From: Clostridia bacterium
GTDB lineage: Bacteria; Bacillota; Clostridia; CAKSNL01; HGM11501
Reading direction: 5' to 3'
Length of the DNA stretch: 64,000 nt
Assembly: GCA_045545475.1 (NCBI GenBank)
Contig: JAZQAZ010000029.1
Location: 29,644 to 93,643 of the forward strand
In this document: in pieces, positions 27,530 through 36,169 of the stretch
Numbering within the stretch: the stretch's first letter is position 1
How the letters are laid out: every line of letters begins with the position of its first letter
Program-made: the position numbers and the translations under genes
Notes under the pieces: model-generated
What the model saw: the letters and a program-made list of their open reading frames with translations, nothing else
The model's database searches: none
What the model was told of the DNA's origin: nothing

Positions 27530-28693
27530 TTATTTCTTTCCGAAAGCTTTTTCCATTCTTACTAAAGCTTCTTTTATATCTTCATATTTAGATGCATAGC
27601 AGATTCTTATATAGCCTTCGCCGTCGGGTCCGAAGGCATCGCCCGGGCTTGTCACAACGTGAGTTTTTCGGAGGATGTATTCTGCCGTTTCGCGGCTTTT
27701 CATACCAAAGCCCGTGATATTCGGAAATACATAAAACGCGCCCTTTGGATAAAGGCATGAAAAGCCCTTGATTTTGTTTAGCCCCTCAACTATCAGATGG
27801 CGGTTTCTGTCGTAGTGCTTAAGCATTTCACATACGTCCTTTTCGCCGTTATATATAGCTTCGACCGCCGCAAGCTGCATAGGCTCGGGCACGCTTGCAA
27901 CCATATTTTCCTGAAGCTTTATAAGGTTTTCCGTTATCCTTTCATTTGCACATATATAGCCCACACGAAAGCCCGTCATCGCAAAGGTTTTTGAAAAGCT
28001 GTTGATTGTCAGGACATAGTCCTCTATTCCGGGGATTGCGGCAAGACTTTTTTGCGTAAAGCCGTCGTAAACTAATCTTTCATAAGGCTCGTCTGAAATT
28101 ATAAATATCTTATGCTTTTTAATAAGCTCTGCGATTTTTAATAAATCCTCCCACTCAAGGACACCGCCCGTGGGATTTGAGGGTGAATTTATAATAATAA
28201 GCTTGGTTTTATCCGTGATAAGAGGCTCGATTAAGTCCGCCGTCATCTTAAAGTCGTTTTTTTCGTCCACCTTTGCGTAAACGGTTTTTGCATTTACCAT
28301 ATCAATCTGACCTTTATAATCGGGCCAGTTGGGTCCCTGAATGATAACCTCGTCCCCGGGGTTTACCAGCGTAACTATAGCAAGCATAAGTGCCTGGGTT
28401 GCCCCCGCGGTTACAATTATATTTTTGTCGGGATCGCACTTTATGCCATTTTCCTTATAAAGCTTATAGGCTATGGCGTCACGGAGCTCCTTTATCCCTG
28501 AATTGGGCGTATATTTTGTTTTTCCCTCTAAAAGGCCTTTTATCCCCGCGTCAATTATATGCTTCGGGGTTATGAAGCCGGGCTCCCCCAAGGTGAGATT
28601 TATTGAATCGTCATACTTTTTTGCAAGCTCAAACATCCGCCTTACTCCCGAAGGAAGGGCGTTTTGCGCCGCTGTGCTGAGTAGTTTTTCCAT
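27530..28693 (-). CDS. PLP-dependent class I/II aminotransferase
   Basis: GEP, NSPSNPTG, SDEPY, SFSKTFAMTGFRVG. Confidence 0.92.
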   Translation of the reverse strand: MEKLLSTAAQNALPSGVRRMFELAKKYDDSINLTLGEPGFITPKHIIDAGIKGLLEGKTKYTPNSGIKELRDAIAYKLYKENGIKCDPDKNIIVTAGATQALMLAIVTLVNPGDEVIIQGPNWPDYKGQIDMVNAKTVYAKVDEKNDFKMTADLIEPLITDKTKLIIINSPSNPTGGVLEWEDLLKIAELIKKHKIFIISDEPYERLVYDGFTQKSLAAIPGIEDYVLTINSFSKTFAMTGFRVGYICANERITENLIKLQENMVASVPEPMQLAAVEAIYNGEKDVCEMLKHYDRNRHLIVEGLNKIKGFSCLYPKGAFYVFPNITGFGMKSRETAEYILRKTHVVTSPGDAFGPDGEGYIRICYASKYEDIKEALVRMEKAFGKK

Positions 28694-28709
28694 ATTGCCG
28701 CACCTCTAT

Positions 28710-29165
28710 TTAATCTTTCATATCGGGCAGAACCGTGGGCGAAAACTTATGCTCCATAAGCGAAATCATAGTATGGCTCTTAAGAACCCCCCTGTTTCCT
28801 TTGATTCGCAAAATTTTATCCTCAAGAGAATCTATATCCTTTGCACATATTTTAAGCACATAGTCATAGTCCCCCGTGACGGAGTAGCATTCAAGCACGT
28901 CGGGCTCATTTTTCGCATATTCCAAAAGAGCTTTTATATTTTCGCCGTACTGCATCTGGATAAAAACAAAGGCATGAACGGTTTTGTTTAATTCCTTCGG
29001 GCTTGTGACTATGGTAAAACGCTCTATTATCCCATCTGTCTGCATACGGAGAATTCTTTTATTTACGGCAGGGACGGAAAGGTTTACCATAGTGCTTATT
29101 TCCGTCGCTGTGGTGTTGGCATTTTCAGAGAGAATTTTAAGTATTTTTTTATCTGTTATATCCAT
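28710..29165 (-). CDS. Lrp/AsnC regulator
   Basis: MDITDKKILKIL..., ECYSVTGDYDY. Confidence 0.92.
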   Translation of the reverse strand: MDITDKKILKILSENANTTATEISTMVNLSVPAVNKRILRMQTDGIIERFTIVTSPKELNKTVHAFVFIQMQYGENIKALLEYAKNEPDVLECYSVTGDYDYVLKICAKDIDSLEDKILRIKGNRGVLKSHTMISLMEHKFSPTVLPDMKD

Positions 29166-29230
29166 TTTATCAGCTCCTTATCGGATTTAAATAAATTTTA
29201 GCATATCGCGATAATTATTTCAACGAACAG

Positions 29231-29295
29231 CACAGAAAAAGAGCAGAACTTAACCAAACTTGATTTTTGATTAAATTCTGCTCTTAGTTTTCTGT
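29231..29295 (-). terminator. long hairpin/terminator after spoIVB
   Basis: Imperfect inverted repeat GAGCAGAA(T/C)TTAA...TTAAGTTCTGCTC followed by a T-tract on the minus strand. Confidence 0.6.
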
Positions 29296-29297
29296 TT

Positions 29298-30326
29298 TTA
29301 TTCTTTAGATAACATATTCTCAATAAAAATCCCATACCCCTTAGTCGGGTCGTTTACGAAAACGTGGGTTACTGCGCCGATAAGTTTCCCGTTCTGAACC
29401 AAGGGGGAGCCCGACATCCCCTGGACGATTCCGCCGGTCAGGGAAAGAAGCTTATCATCAGTCACCGTTACAATCATATCTCCCTTTGCTCTGCCGTAAA
29501 CCTTCTTAATTTCCACCTTATATGGCTTTATGCCATCTCCGCCAAGCTCGGTATAGATAAATGCCTCTCCGTCCTTTACATCCTTTGATACGGCCGCCTT
29601 TACCTTAACTTCATCAATCGGGAGTATTCCGCTGGAATTGGCAAAAAGTCCGCCATTTGTGTTTTCCGTTATATAACCGTAGATTTTTTCATCTTCCGTG
29701 AATTTACCCACAATTTCTCCGGGAGCTCCCGCTTCGCTTTTTTCAACAGATACAATATCGCAATCTGTTATATATCCTTTTCTTACAGTAAAGCTTCTGC
29801 CTGTATCCGAATCAGATACAGAATGGCCAAGAGTTACTACTTTGCCACCTTTTTCATCGTAAAAAGTAACCGTTCCTACACCTGCAATACTGTCTCTCAC
29901 CCACATACCCACTCTGTTTACCCCGTATTCGTCTTTTATCGGAGTGAGCACTGTTTCAAAAAGCTCGCCGTTTCTATCCGCCGTTATGGCTATTTCTCCC
30001 GGCGATGTGATTACCGTTTCAATAAAGCTGTCTGTATTTTTTATATCTGTCCCGTTTGCACTAAGCAGTATATCACCTTTACATAGTCCTGCTTTAAGGG
30101 CAGGATTATCCCCTGATATATCTTTAAAATCCACCAGTATAAGCCCTCTTCCGTACAGCTTTATACCCACCACATTCCCGCCTAAAACATATTCACTTTT
30201 ATCTATATGTCCAGATGCCGACACGCTGGCATCAAGGTTGTGGTCCACGTTCACATAGACAAGCGTCAATATAACCAAGATAACAGCAATTCTTTTCTTC
30301 AAAAAAATCACGCTCCGTTCACTCAT
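29298..30326 (-). CDS. spoIVB: SpoIVB PDZ serine peptidase (S55)
   Basis: GMWVRDS.AGVGTVTF, LGH, TGGIVQGMSGSP, VTHVFVNDPTKGYG. Confidence 0.93.
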   Translation of the reverse strand: MSERSVIFLKKRIAVILVILTLVYVNVDHNLDASVSASGHIDKSEYVLGGNVVGIKLYGRGLILVDFKDISGDNPALKAGLCKGDILLSANGTDIKNTDSFIETVITSPGEIAITADRNGELFETVLTPIKDEYGVNRVGMWVRDSIAGVGTVTFYDEKGGKVVTLGHSVSDSDTGRSFTVRKGYITDCDIVSVEKSEAGAPGEIVGKFTEDEKIYGYITENTNGGLFANSSGILPIDEVKVKAAVSKDVKDGEAFIYTELGGDGIKPYKVEIKKVYGRAKGDMIVTVTDDKLLSLTGGIVQGMSGSPLVQNGKLIGAVTHVFVNDPTKGYGIFIENMLSKE

Positions 30327-30364
30327 TTAGTGTAACCAAAGCGTGATTTATAATTCTTTAAAAA

Positions 30365-31336
30365 TTAATAAGAAAATTCATCCAATGATTTGAATGTATA
30401 GCCTGCTTCCCTTGCCGAGTCAATAATTCTTCCAAGAGCCTCGGTGTTATCCTTTGATACTGCATGAAGCAGAATTACACAGCCGTTGTGTAGATATGGC
30501 ATTACGCTTTCAAAGGCGTAGTCCGCACCCTTCTGATTATCTGTTTCCCAGTCCTTGTAGGCAAAGCTCCAGAGCACTGTTTTATAGCCAAGGTCATTTG
30601 TCGCAGCGAGGCTTCTTTCGCTGTAAGCCCCCTCGGGTGGACGGAAGTAAGTCATATGCTCACCGTAAAGCTCGAAAAATCTTCTGTCAAGATTTAATAT
30701 TTCCTCCTGCATAGCCGCCTTTGTTCCCTTGGATGGCATGTTCGGATGATTTACCGAGTGATTACCCACGATATGTCCCTCATCAACCATACGCTGTATA
30801 AGGTCGCCGTTTTTCTCAAGATAAGGTCCCGTTATGAAAAATGCGGCAGGCACGCCCTTTTCCTTTAGTGTGTCAAGAATCTGCCCTGTAAATCCGTTTT
30901 CATAGCCCTCGTCAAAGGTTAAGTATAAAACCTTTTCAGACTGGTTTCCCGCATAGATACAATTGTATTTTGCCATCATATCCCTCTGCCCCTTTGTAAA
31001 TTCGGGGAAGGAATCCTTCTTTTTAACAAAGCCCCATCCGTTATTATCATTAGGAAGTGAATCGATTTCAGAGGTATTCCCCTCTGTTATTTCAGATTCC
31101 TCGGGAACAGCGACTTCCTCTGTAGCTTCGGGAGTTTCAGTTTCCTCAGGTGCAGCTGTTTCTTCTTTTTCTGAAACTATTTCTTCTTTAACTTCATCTG
31201 TATTTTCATCCGTTAATAGCGAATCCTCTTTAGTAATTACCTCATTCTCTCCGTTCGGCTCCGGAAGTTCATGATATACGGTGCAGCCAGAAAGAAATAA
31301 TGCAACGCATAAAATGCCGAGAACTACTTTTTTCAT
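30365..31336 (-). CDS. pdaA: PdaA-like polysaccharide deacetylase lipoprotein
   Basis: LYLTFDEGYENG, GNHSVNHP, FRPPEG, WSFAYKDW, LLHAVS.DN. Confidence 0.8.
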   Translation of the reverse strand: MKKVVLGILCVALFLSGCTVYHELPEPNGENEVITKEDSLLTDENTDEVKEEIVSEKEETAAPEETETPEATEEVAVPEESEITEGNTSEIDSLPNDNNGWGFVKKKDSFPEFTKGQRDMMAKYNCIYAGNQSEKVLYLTFDEGYENGFTGQILDTLKEKGVPAAFFITGPYLEKNGDLIQRMVDEGHIVGNHSVNHPNMPSKGTKAAMQEEILNLDRRFFELYGEHMTYFRPPEGAYSERSLAATNDLGYKTVLWSFAYKDWETDNQKGADYAFESVMPYLHNGCVILLHAVSKDNTEALGRIIDSAREAGYTFKSLDEFSY

Positions 31337-31396
31337 AGAAAACCGTCCTTTCCATTATTCTTACTTATATTATATACCGTAACGTCATTTTTTTCA

Positions 31397-31834
31397 ATGA
31401 CTATTTATTTACTATTGACGAAAGAAACGGTTTATGATAAAATTTTAAAAAAAGAGGTGAACACTACGCCAAATTTCCACCACCCTTATGCCCCGACAAA
31501 AAAGAAATTGTTAATTTATTTTTCGGGAACATTAGTTTTTCTTCTCATAATATTTCTCATGCAAAAAGCAGGCATTTCTTGTATCTACAAATATTTTTTT
31601 GGGTTAGAATGCCCCGGCTGCGGCATGACACGGGCTTTTCTATCTTTTTTAAGACTGGATTTCAAGGCTGCTTTTTCCTATCATCCAATGGTATTTTTTA
31701 TGCCCCTTACTTATATATTTATTCTTTTCAACGGTAGGCTTTTCAACAACAAAAAGCTTGATAATCTCTATATAATATTTTTAATATCAGGTTTTTTAAT
31801 AAATTATTTATATAAATTATTTTTTAAAGGATGA
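31397..31834 (+). CDS. DUF2752-family membrane protein (true start uncertain, probably downstream)
   Basis: C.....G..CPGCGMTRA......F..AF.YHP motif. Confidence 0.8.
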   Translation: MTIYLLLTKETVYDKILKKEVNTTPNFHHPYAPTKKKLLIYFSGTLVFLLIIFLMQKAGISCIYKYFFGLECPGCGMTRAFLSFLRLDFKAAFSYHPMVFFMPLTYIFILFNGRLFNNKKLDNLYIIFLISGFLINYLYKLFFKG

Positions 31835-31839
31835 ATAAT

Positions 31840-31998
31840 ATGTTCTGCCATAATTGCGGACATGAAGTAGAGCCCAAAGCAATCGTTTGCATACATTTAG
31901 GCCATGCCCTTACAAACACCACACTAAATATTGACGGCATTATGCTTCTTACAGGCTTCATCAACGCCGACGCTAATGGCCTTCCTTTGAAAGACTAA
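31840..31998 (+). pseudogene. zinc-ribbon/TM2-family protein remnant (52 aa)
   Basis: Manual translation MFCHNCGHEVEPKAIVCIHLGHALTNTTLNIDGIMLLTGFINADANGLPLKD: the N- and C-terminal motifs of TM2 proteins without the central TM2 domain. Confidence 0.55.
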
Positions 31999-32033
31999 AA
32001 AAATAAAGCGGAGAATTTTCTCCGCTTTATTTT

Positions 32034-32771
32034 TTATAATACACACTTTAAGAAATTTTGCGTACGCTCGCTTTTGGGATTTGAGAAAAGCTCTTCAGGT
32101 GCTGCTTCTTCTATTATATATCCTTCGTCCATAAAAATAACACGGTCTGCAACTTCTCTTGCAAAGCCCATTTCGTGGGTTACCACAACCATGGTCATGC
32201 CGGAGGCCGCAAGCTCCTTCATAACCTGCAAAACTTCCCCAACCATTTCGGGGTCAAGAGCACTTGTGGGCTCGTCGAAAAGCATAATGTCGGGATTCAT
32301 CGCAAGAGCTCTTGCAATGGCAACTCTCTGCTGCTGACCGCCGGATAACTGGCGTGGAAAGCTTTTTGCTTTGTCTGCAAGGCCAACTCGTTCCAAAAGT
32401 TCCATTGCCTTCTGTTCCGCATCGATCTTGTTCATTTTTTTAAGGTCGACCGGTGCAAGCATGATATTTTTAAGAACGTTTAAGTGCGGGAACAGATTAA
32501 ACTGCTGGAATACCATTCCTATATTTTCCCTCACCTTATTAATCTTAACCTTTTTGTCGGTAATATCGTTTCCGTCCACAATAATTGTGCCGGCAGAAGA
32601 TTCTTCCAAACGGTTAAGGCAACGAAGAAATGTGGATTTACCGCTACCTGAGGGACCTATAATACATACAACCTCGCCCTCGGTTATTTCGATGTCAATT
32701 CCACGCAAAACCTTAAGCTTCCCGAATTTCTTTTTAAGTCCGCTTACCTTGATTTTTACATTATCAGCCAC
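32034..32771 (-). CDS. glnQ: polar amino-acid ABC transporter ATPase (GlnQ-like)
   Basis: [35 protein letters not shown]; GTG start at 32771. Confidence 0.9.
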   Translation of the reverse strand: MADNVKIKVSGLKKKFGKLKVLRGIDIEITEGEVVCIIGPSGSGKSTFLRCLNRLEESSAGTIIVDGNDITDKKVKINKVRENIGMVFQQFNLFPHLNVLKNIMLAPVDLKKMNKIDAEQKAMELLERVGLADKAKSFPRQLSGGQQQRVAIARALAMNPDIMLFDEPTSALDPEMVGEVLQVMKELAASGMTMVVVTHEMGFAREVADRVIFMDEGYIIEEAAPEELFSNPKSERTQNFLKCVL

Positions 32772-33432
32772 GGTTAAGCCTCCTCTCCAAAGCCTTTGCA
32801 ACCTGTTGAAGAATTAAAATTACCACAAGGTACATAACAGCAACAATTGCCCATGTTTCAAAGGATTTGAATGTTATGGCAATTACGTTTTGAGCCTTGT
32901 TAACAAGCTCGGGAAAACCGATTACAGAAAGAATGGATGTATCCTTAAGGGTAATAATAAACTGGTTTACAATGCTGGGAATCATGTTTTTAAGCGCCTG
33001 GGGAAACACTATCTTAAACATAGATCTCCACTAAGGAAGACCTAGACTTCTTGCTGCCTCCATCTGTCCCTTATCGATCGCCTGAATTCCTGCACGGATA
33101 ATTTCGGACATATATGCACCGCAGTTTAATGCAAGGCATACCGTTCCTGCCTGAAGTGCCGTAAGTGTGCTCTTTATTCCAAATATGGTACGAAGACCGT
33201 AGGGTACTCCGTAAAAAACAAAAAATGCAAGTACAATAAGGGGTACACCTCTTATTAAATTTACATATACAAGGGAAATTCCTTTGCATATTTTACTGTC
33301 GACAACGCTCATAAGTCCGAATACAATGCCAAGTACGCATCCGAACAAAAGTCCCCAAAGGGCTAAAAGCAAGGTTTGTCCCATTGCTTCAAAAAGCAGA
33401 TTGCCGTATGTTGTTATTATCTGGCTCATCAA
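32764..33432 (-). pseudogene. amino-acid ABC permease interrupted by an in-frame TAG
   Basis: ...GQMEAARSLGLP-TAG(33031-33033)-WRSMFKIVFPQA...; both halves in the same frame. Confidence 0.8.
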
Positions 33433-33502
33433 AAGCCTCCCTTTACATTCTACAAGGGCATCGGTTTACCGATGCCCCTGAATTTGTCAAAATCCAAAAT
33501 GA

Positions 33503-34276
33503 TTAGCCTAAATATGTTGCGATGATTTCGTCGTACTTACCGTTTGCCTTGATATTAGCAAGACCTGCATTGAAGAGGTCAACAAGCTCCTGGTTAGCTG
33601 CATCGAAAATAGCAAATCCGTACTGAGCGGGCTCATTTTCTGTTCCGTCGATGTACTTCATGGCAAGCTCGCCTGTCATGATGTTATACTTTAAGATGGG
33701 AGTATCATCGAAGCAAGCGTCAACCTGTCCGCCAAGTACTGCCTGATACATATCGGGAGATGTGGGGAAAGTAATAACTTCAAAGCCATATTCTTCCTTG
33801 ATGGATTCAGCATACTGATTGCTCATTGTGCCGTTCTTAACAGCAACCTTCTTACCGGAAAGGTCGGAAAGAGCAGCAATTTCAGATTCAGCTGCAACAG
33901 CCATACCCTGAGTTGCGTCATAGTATCCTTCAGAGAAAATCCAGCCGGACTCTTTTCTTTCATCAGTAATGGAAGCACCTGCGATCATACCGTCAGCCTG
34001 ACCTGCCTGACAAGCAGCGATTGCTGCATCCCAGCCAACATACTGAAGGTCATAGGTGAATCCCTGATCTTCTGCAATTGCCTTTAAGATGTCCATATCG
34101 ATACCAATGATGTTACCTTCTGCATCCTGGAACTCAAAGGGAGAAAATCCCTTGTCTGTTGCAATAACGAAGTGCTTTGCATTTTCAGCTGTTTCCTCTA
34201 TGGGAGCTTCTCCGCATCCTGCAAAGAGGCATACCATCATAGCGAGAGCCATGATAAGAGCTAATGTCTTTTTCAT
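33503..34276 (-). CDS. amino-acid ABC substrate-binding lipoprotein (SBP family 3)
   Basis: Lipobox FAGC; FSPFEF..GIDMDI; SITDERK. Confidence 0.92.
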   Translation of the reverse strand: MKKTLALIMALAMMVCLFAGCGEAPIEETAENAKHFVIATDKGFSPFEFQDAEGNIIGIDMDILKAIAEDQGFTYDLQYVGWDAAIAACQAGQADGMIAGASITDERKESGWIFSEGYYDATQGMAVAAESEIAALSDLSGKKVAVKNGTMSNQYAESIKEEYGFEVITFPTSPDMYQAVLGGQVDACFDDTPILKYNIMTGELAMKYIDGTENEPAQYGFAIFDAANQELVDLFNAGLANIKANGKYDEIIATYLG

Positions 34277-34687
34277 AAAATAATCATCCTTTCAAAAAAT
34301 AGATGTGCCTATTTTATCACAAAAAAGATGACGTGTCAATTTAAAGATAGTATTTTGTCTATCTTTAAATATTATCAATATCATAACTTTTATTTATATG
34401 CCGATATCCGTCTATTAAAAACTTTAATATGTAAGAAAAACATACATAAATATGCAACAGAGTTTTTACAGAAAATTAGAGGTCAGAGTAATTGTGTTTG
34501 TTTTGAGATAGACCAAATAGACCAAAAGCTCACTCTGTATGATGAACTACTTGTTTAGTTAATTGATTACTTGTAGTTAGTTGACAACAAGATAGTTCTT
34601 TGACAATAAAATGGGTAAGCAGTTAATTTTTCTTGCAGAGTACCCTTTGGAATACTCTGTTTATATTAAATTACTTATTTTACAAAA

Positions 34688-35851
34688 TTAATGATGATTT
34701 GCTACCCACATTTCCATTACACTATCCCATTGATATAATTTATATGCATCTTTACTTAATTCGCCCTCATAAGAACCTTTATAAGTAGGTTTTGGTATCT
34801 GTGATTCTATATGCTGCCACTCTAAACCCCAATGACCCTCACCTGTTGAAACATTAATTTGATAACTTTGATTATTTATATTTTTACCTGTACTATCTGT
34901 CCAAAGTAATGCTCCACTTAAACCGTCATAAATAAATGTTTCATTTTTATAACAAGAAGAAGCACCATATTTCAGTCCTATATCAGGTGCAACACCCTGA
35001 CCACCACCAACTATTCCATACTGGTCTTTCTGTAATATAATTGTTGTACCATCTGCTTTTACAAAGGTATCTCCTGCTTTTGCAGGTCTATTGCTTCTTA
35101 CTTGACCTTCATAAATTGTTATAGGAGCAGTTGAAGTACTATTCACTAATTCTTCCGGTACTGCAAAACCATTATTTGGATTAATTGCAGGTAAGCCATT
35201 ACTTGTATATTGCTTATTCTCTTCTATAGCACCCGTTGAGAAATCTACTTTTTCTCTTACTGACTTATCTACTATTCTATACAGAACTGTGGTTGCTTCT
35301 GCTCTGGTTAAGGTGTTTTGTGGATTAAAATTGCCATTGTTATCACCTACAATAATACCTGCACCATATGCTTTGCATACATAATCTCTGTAATATGTAC
35401 CAACAGTATTTATATCAGGTATATCTGTATAATCTTCTATATCTGTTTCACCCAAAGTATATAAGGCTCTTACTGATATTAAAGCCATTTCCTGCCTTGA
35501 AATTGTCTGTTCTATACTATTGATTGAGAACTCACTCTCTGTAATAATTCTTTTTTCTGTTGCTACCTCATATATAGGTTGCCACCAGACTTGGTCTCTT
35601 TCCAATGTTAAGTCTGCATTAGGATACAATGCTCTGACCACTACTGTAATAAATTCTGCTCTGGTCATAGTGTCATTAGGACAAAACAGATTATTTCCTT
35701 TTCCTACAAAAAGACCTTTTTCTGTCATAGTCATTACCTGACTATAATACCAATCTGTCTCCTTCACATCTGAAAAGTTTGCACTTGCTGATACAGAAAG
35801 GGAAGATATAAGCATAAGAACTGTTAAAATAATTGTTATAATCTTTTTCAT
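34688..35851 (-). CDS. AT-rich SLH-domain protein
   Basis: Signal peptide; FSDVKETDWYY, TRAEF, SRQEMA, GDNNGNFNPQNTLTRAEA. Confidence 0.85.
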   Translation of the reverse strand: MKKIITIILTVLMLISSLSVSASANFSDVKETDWYYSQVMTMTEKGLFVGKGNNLFCPNDTMTRAEFITVVVRALYPNADLTLERDQVWWQPIYEVATEKRIITESEFSINSIEQTISRQEMALISVRALYTLGETDIEDYTDIPDINTVGTYYRDYVCKAYGAGIIVGDNNGNFNPQNTLTRAEATTVLYRIVDKSVREKVDFSTGAIEENKQYTSNGLPAINPNNGFAVPEELVNSTSTAPITIYEGQVRSNRPAKAGDTFVKADGTTIILQKDQYGIVGGGQGVAPDIGLKYGASSCYKNETFIYDGLSGALLWTDSTGKNINNQSYQINVSTGEGHWGLEWQHIESQIPKPTYKGSYEGELSKDAYKLYQWDSVMEMWVANHH

Positions 35852-36128
35852 ATTGTGTTACTCCAATCATTATTTCTGCTAATATTATATCATATGTTTT
35901 TGTGGTCAGCAATCTATTTTTAAAAAAAAGTCCTTTTTTCTCATAAGCAAACCTCTCTTAAATATATTTCAAACCTTTCCCCAAAAACATCCCAAAAAAG
36001 TTTACTTGATCGATTTTGATAAAGTTTCTAATACCATTACAACCCCAACCAACATATTCCGAAATTTTGTTCATCGGTTAACCTTTACCGAACCACGCGA
36101 CTATCGCGTGGTTTTCGTTTTACAAAAA

Positions 36129-36159
36129 AATAAAACCGACCCACCGGGTCGGTTTTATT
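36129..36159 (-). terminator. ppdK terminator
   Basis: AATAAAACCGACCC-ACC-GGGTCGGTTTTATT. Confidence 0.75.
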
Positions 36160-36169
36160 GAAACAGAAA

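Noticed and set aside
33031-33033. Genome-wide TAG recoding
   Set aside because: TAG acts as a normal stop elsewhere (e.g. the XRE gene at 10778-10780 and the beta-helix gene at 23600), and other genes are uninterrupted.
34328-34558. 76-aa ORF as a real gene
   Set aside because: No RBS or motif; it overlaps the ABC-operon promoter region. At most a gene remnant.
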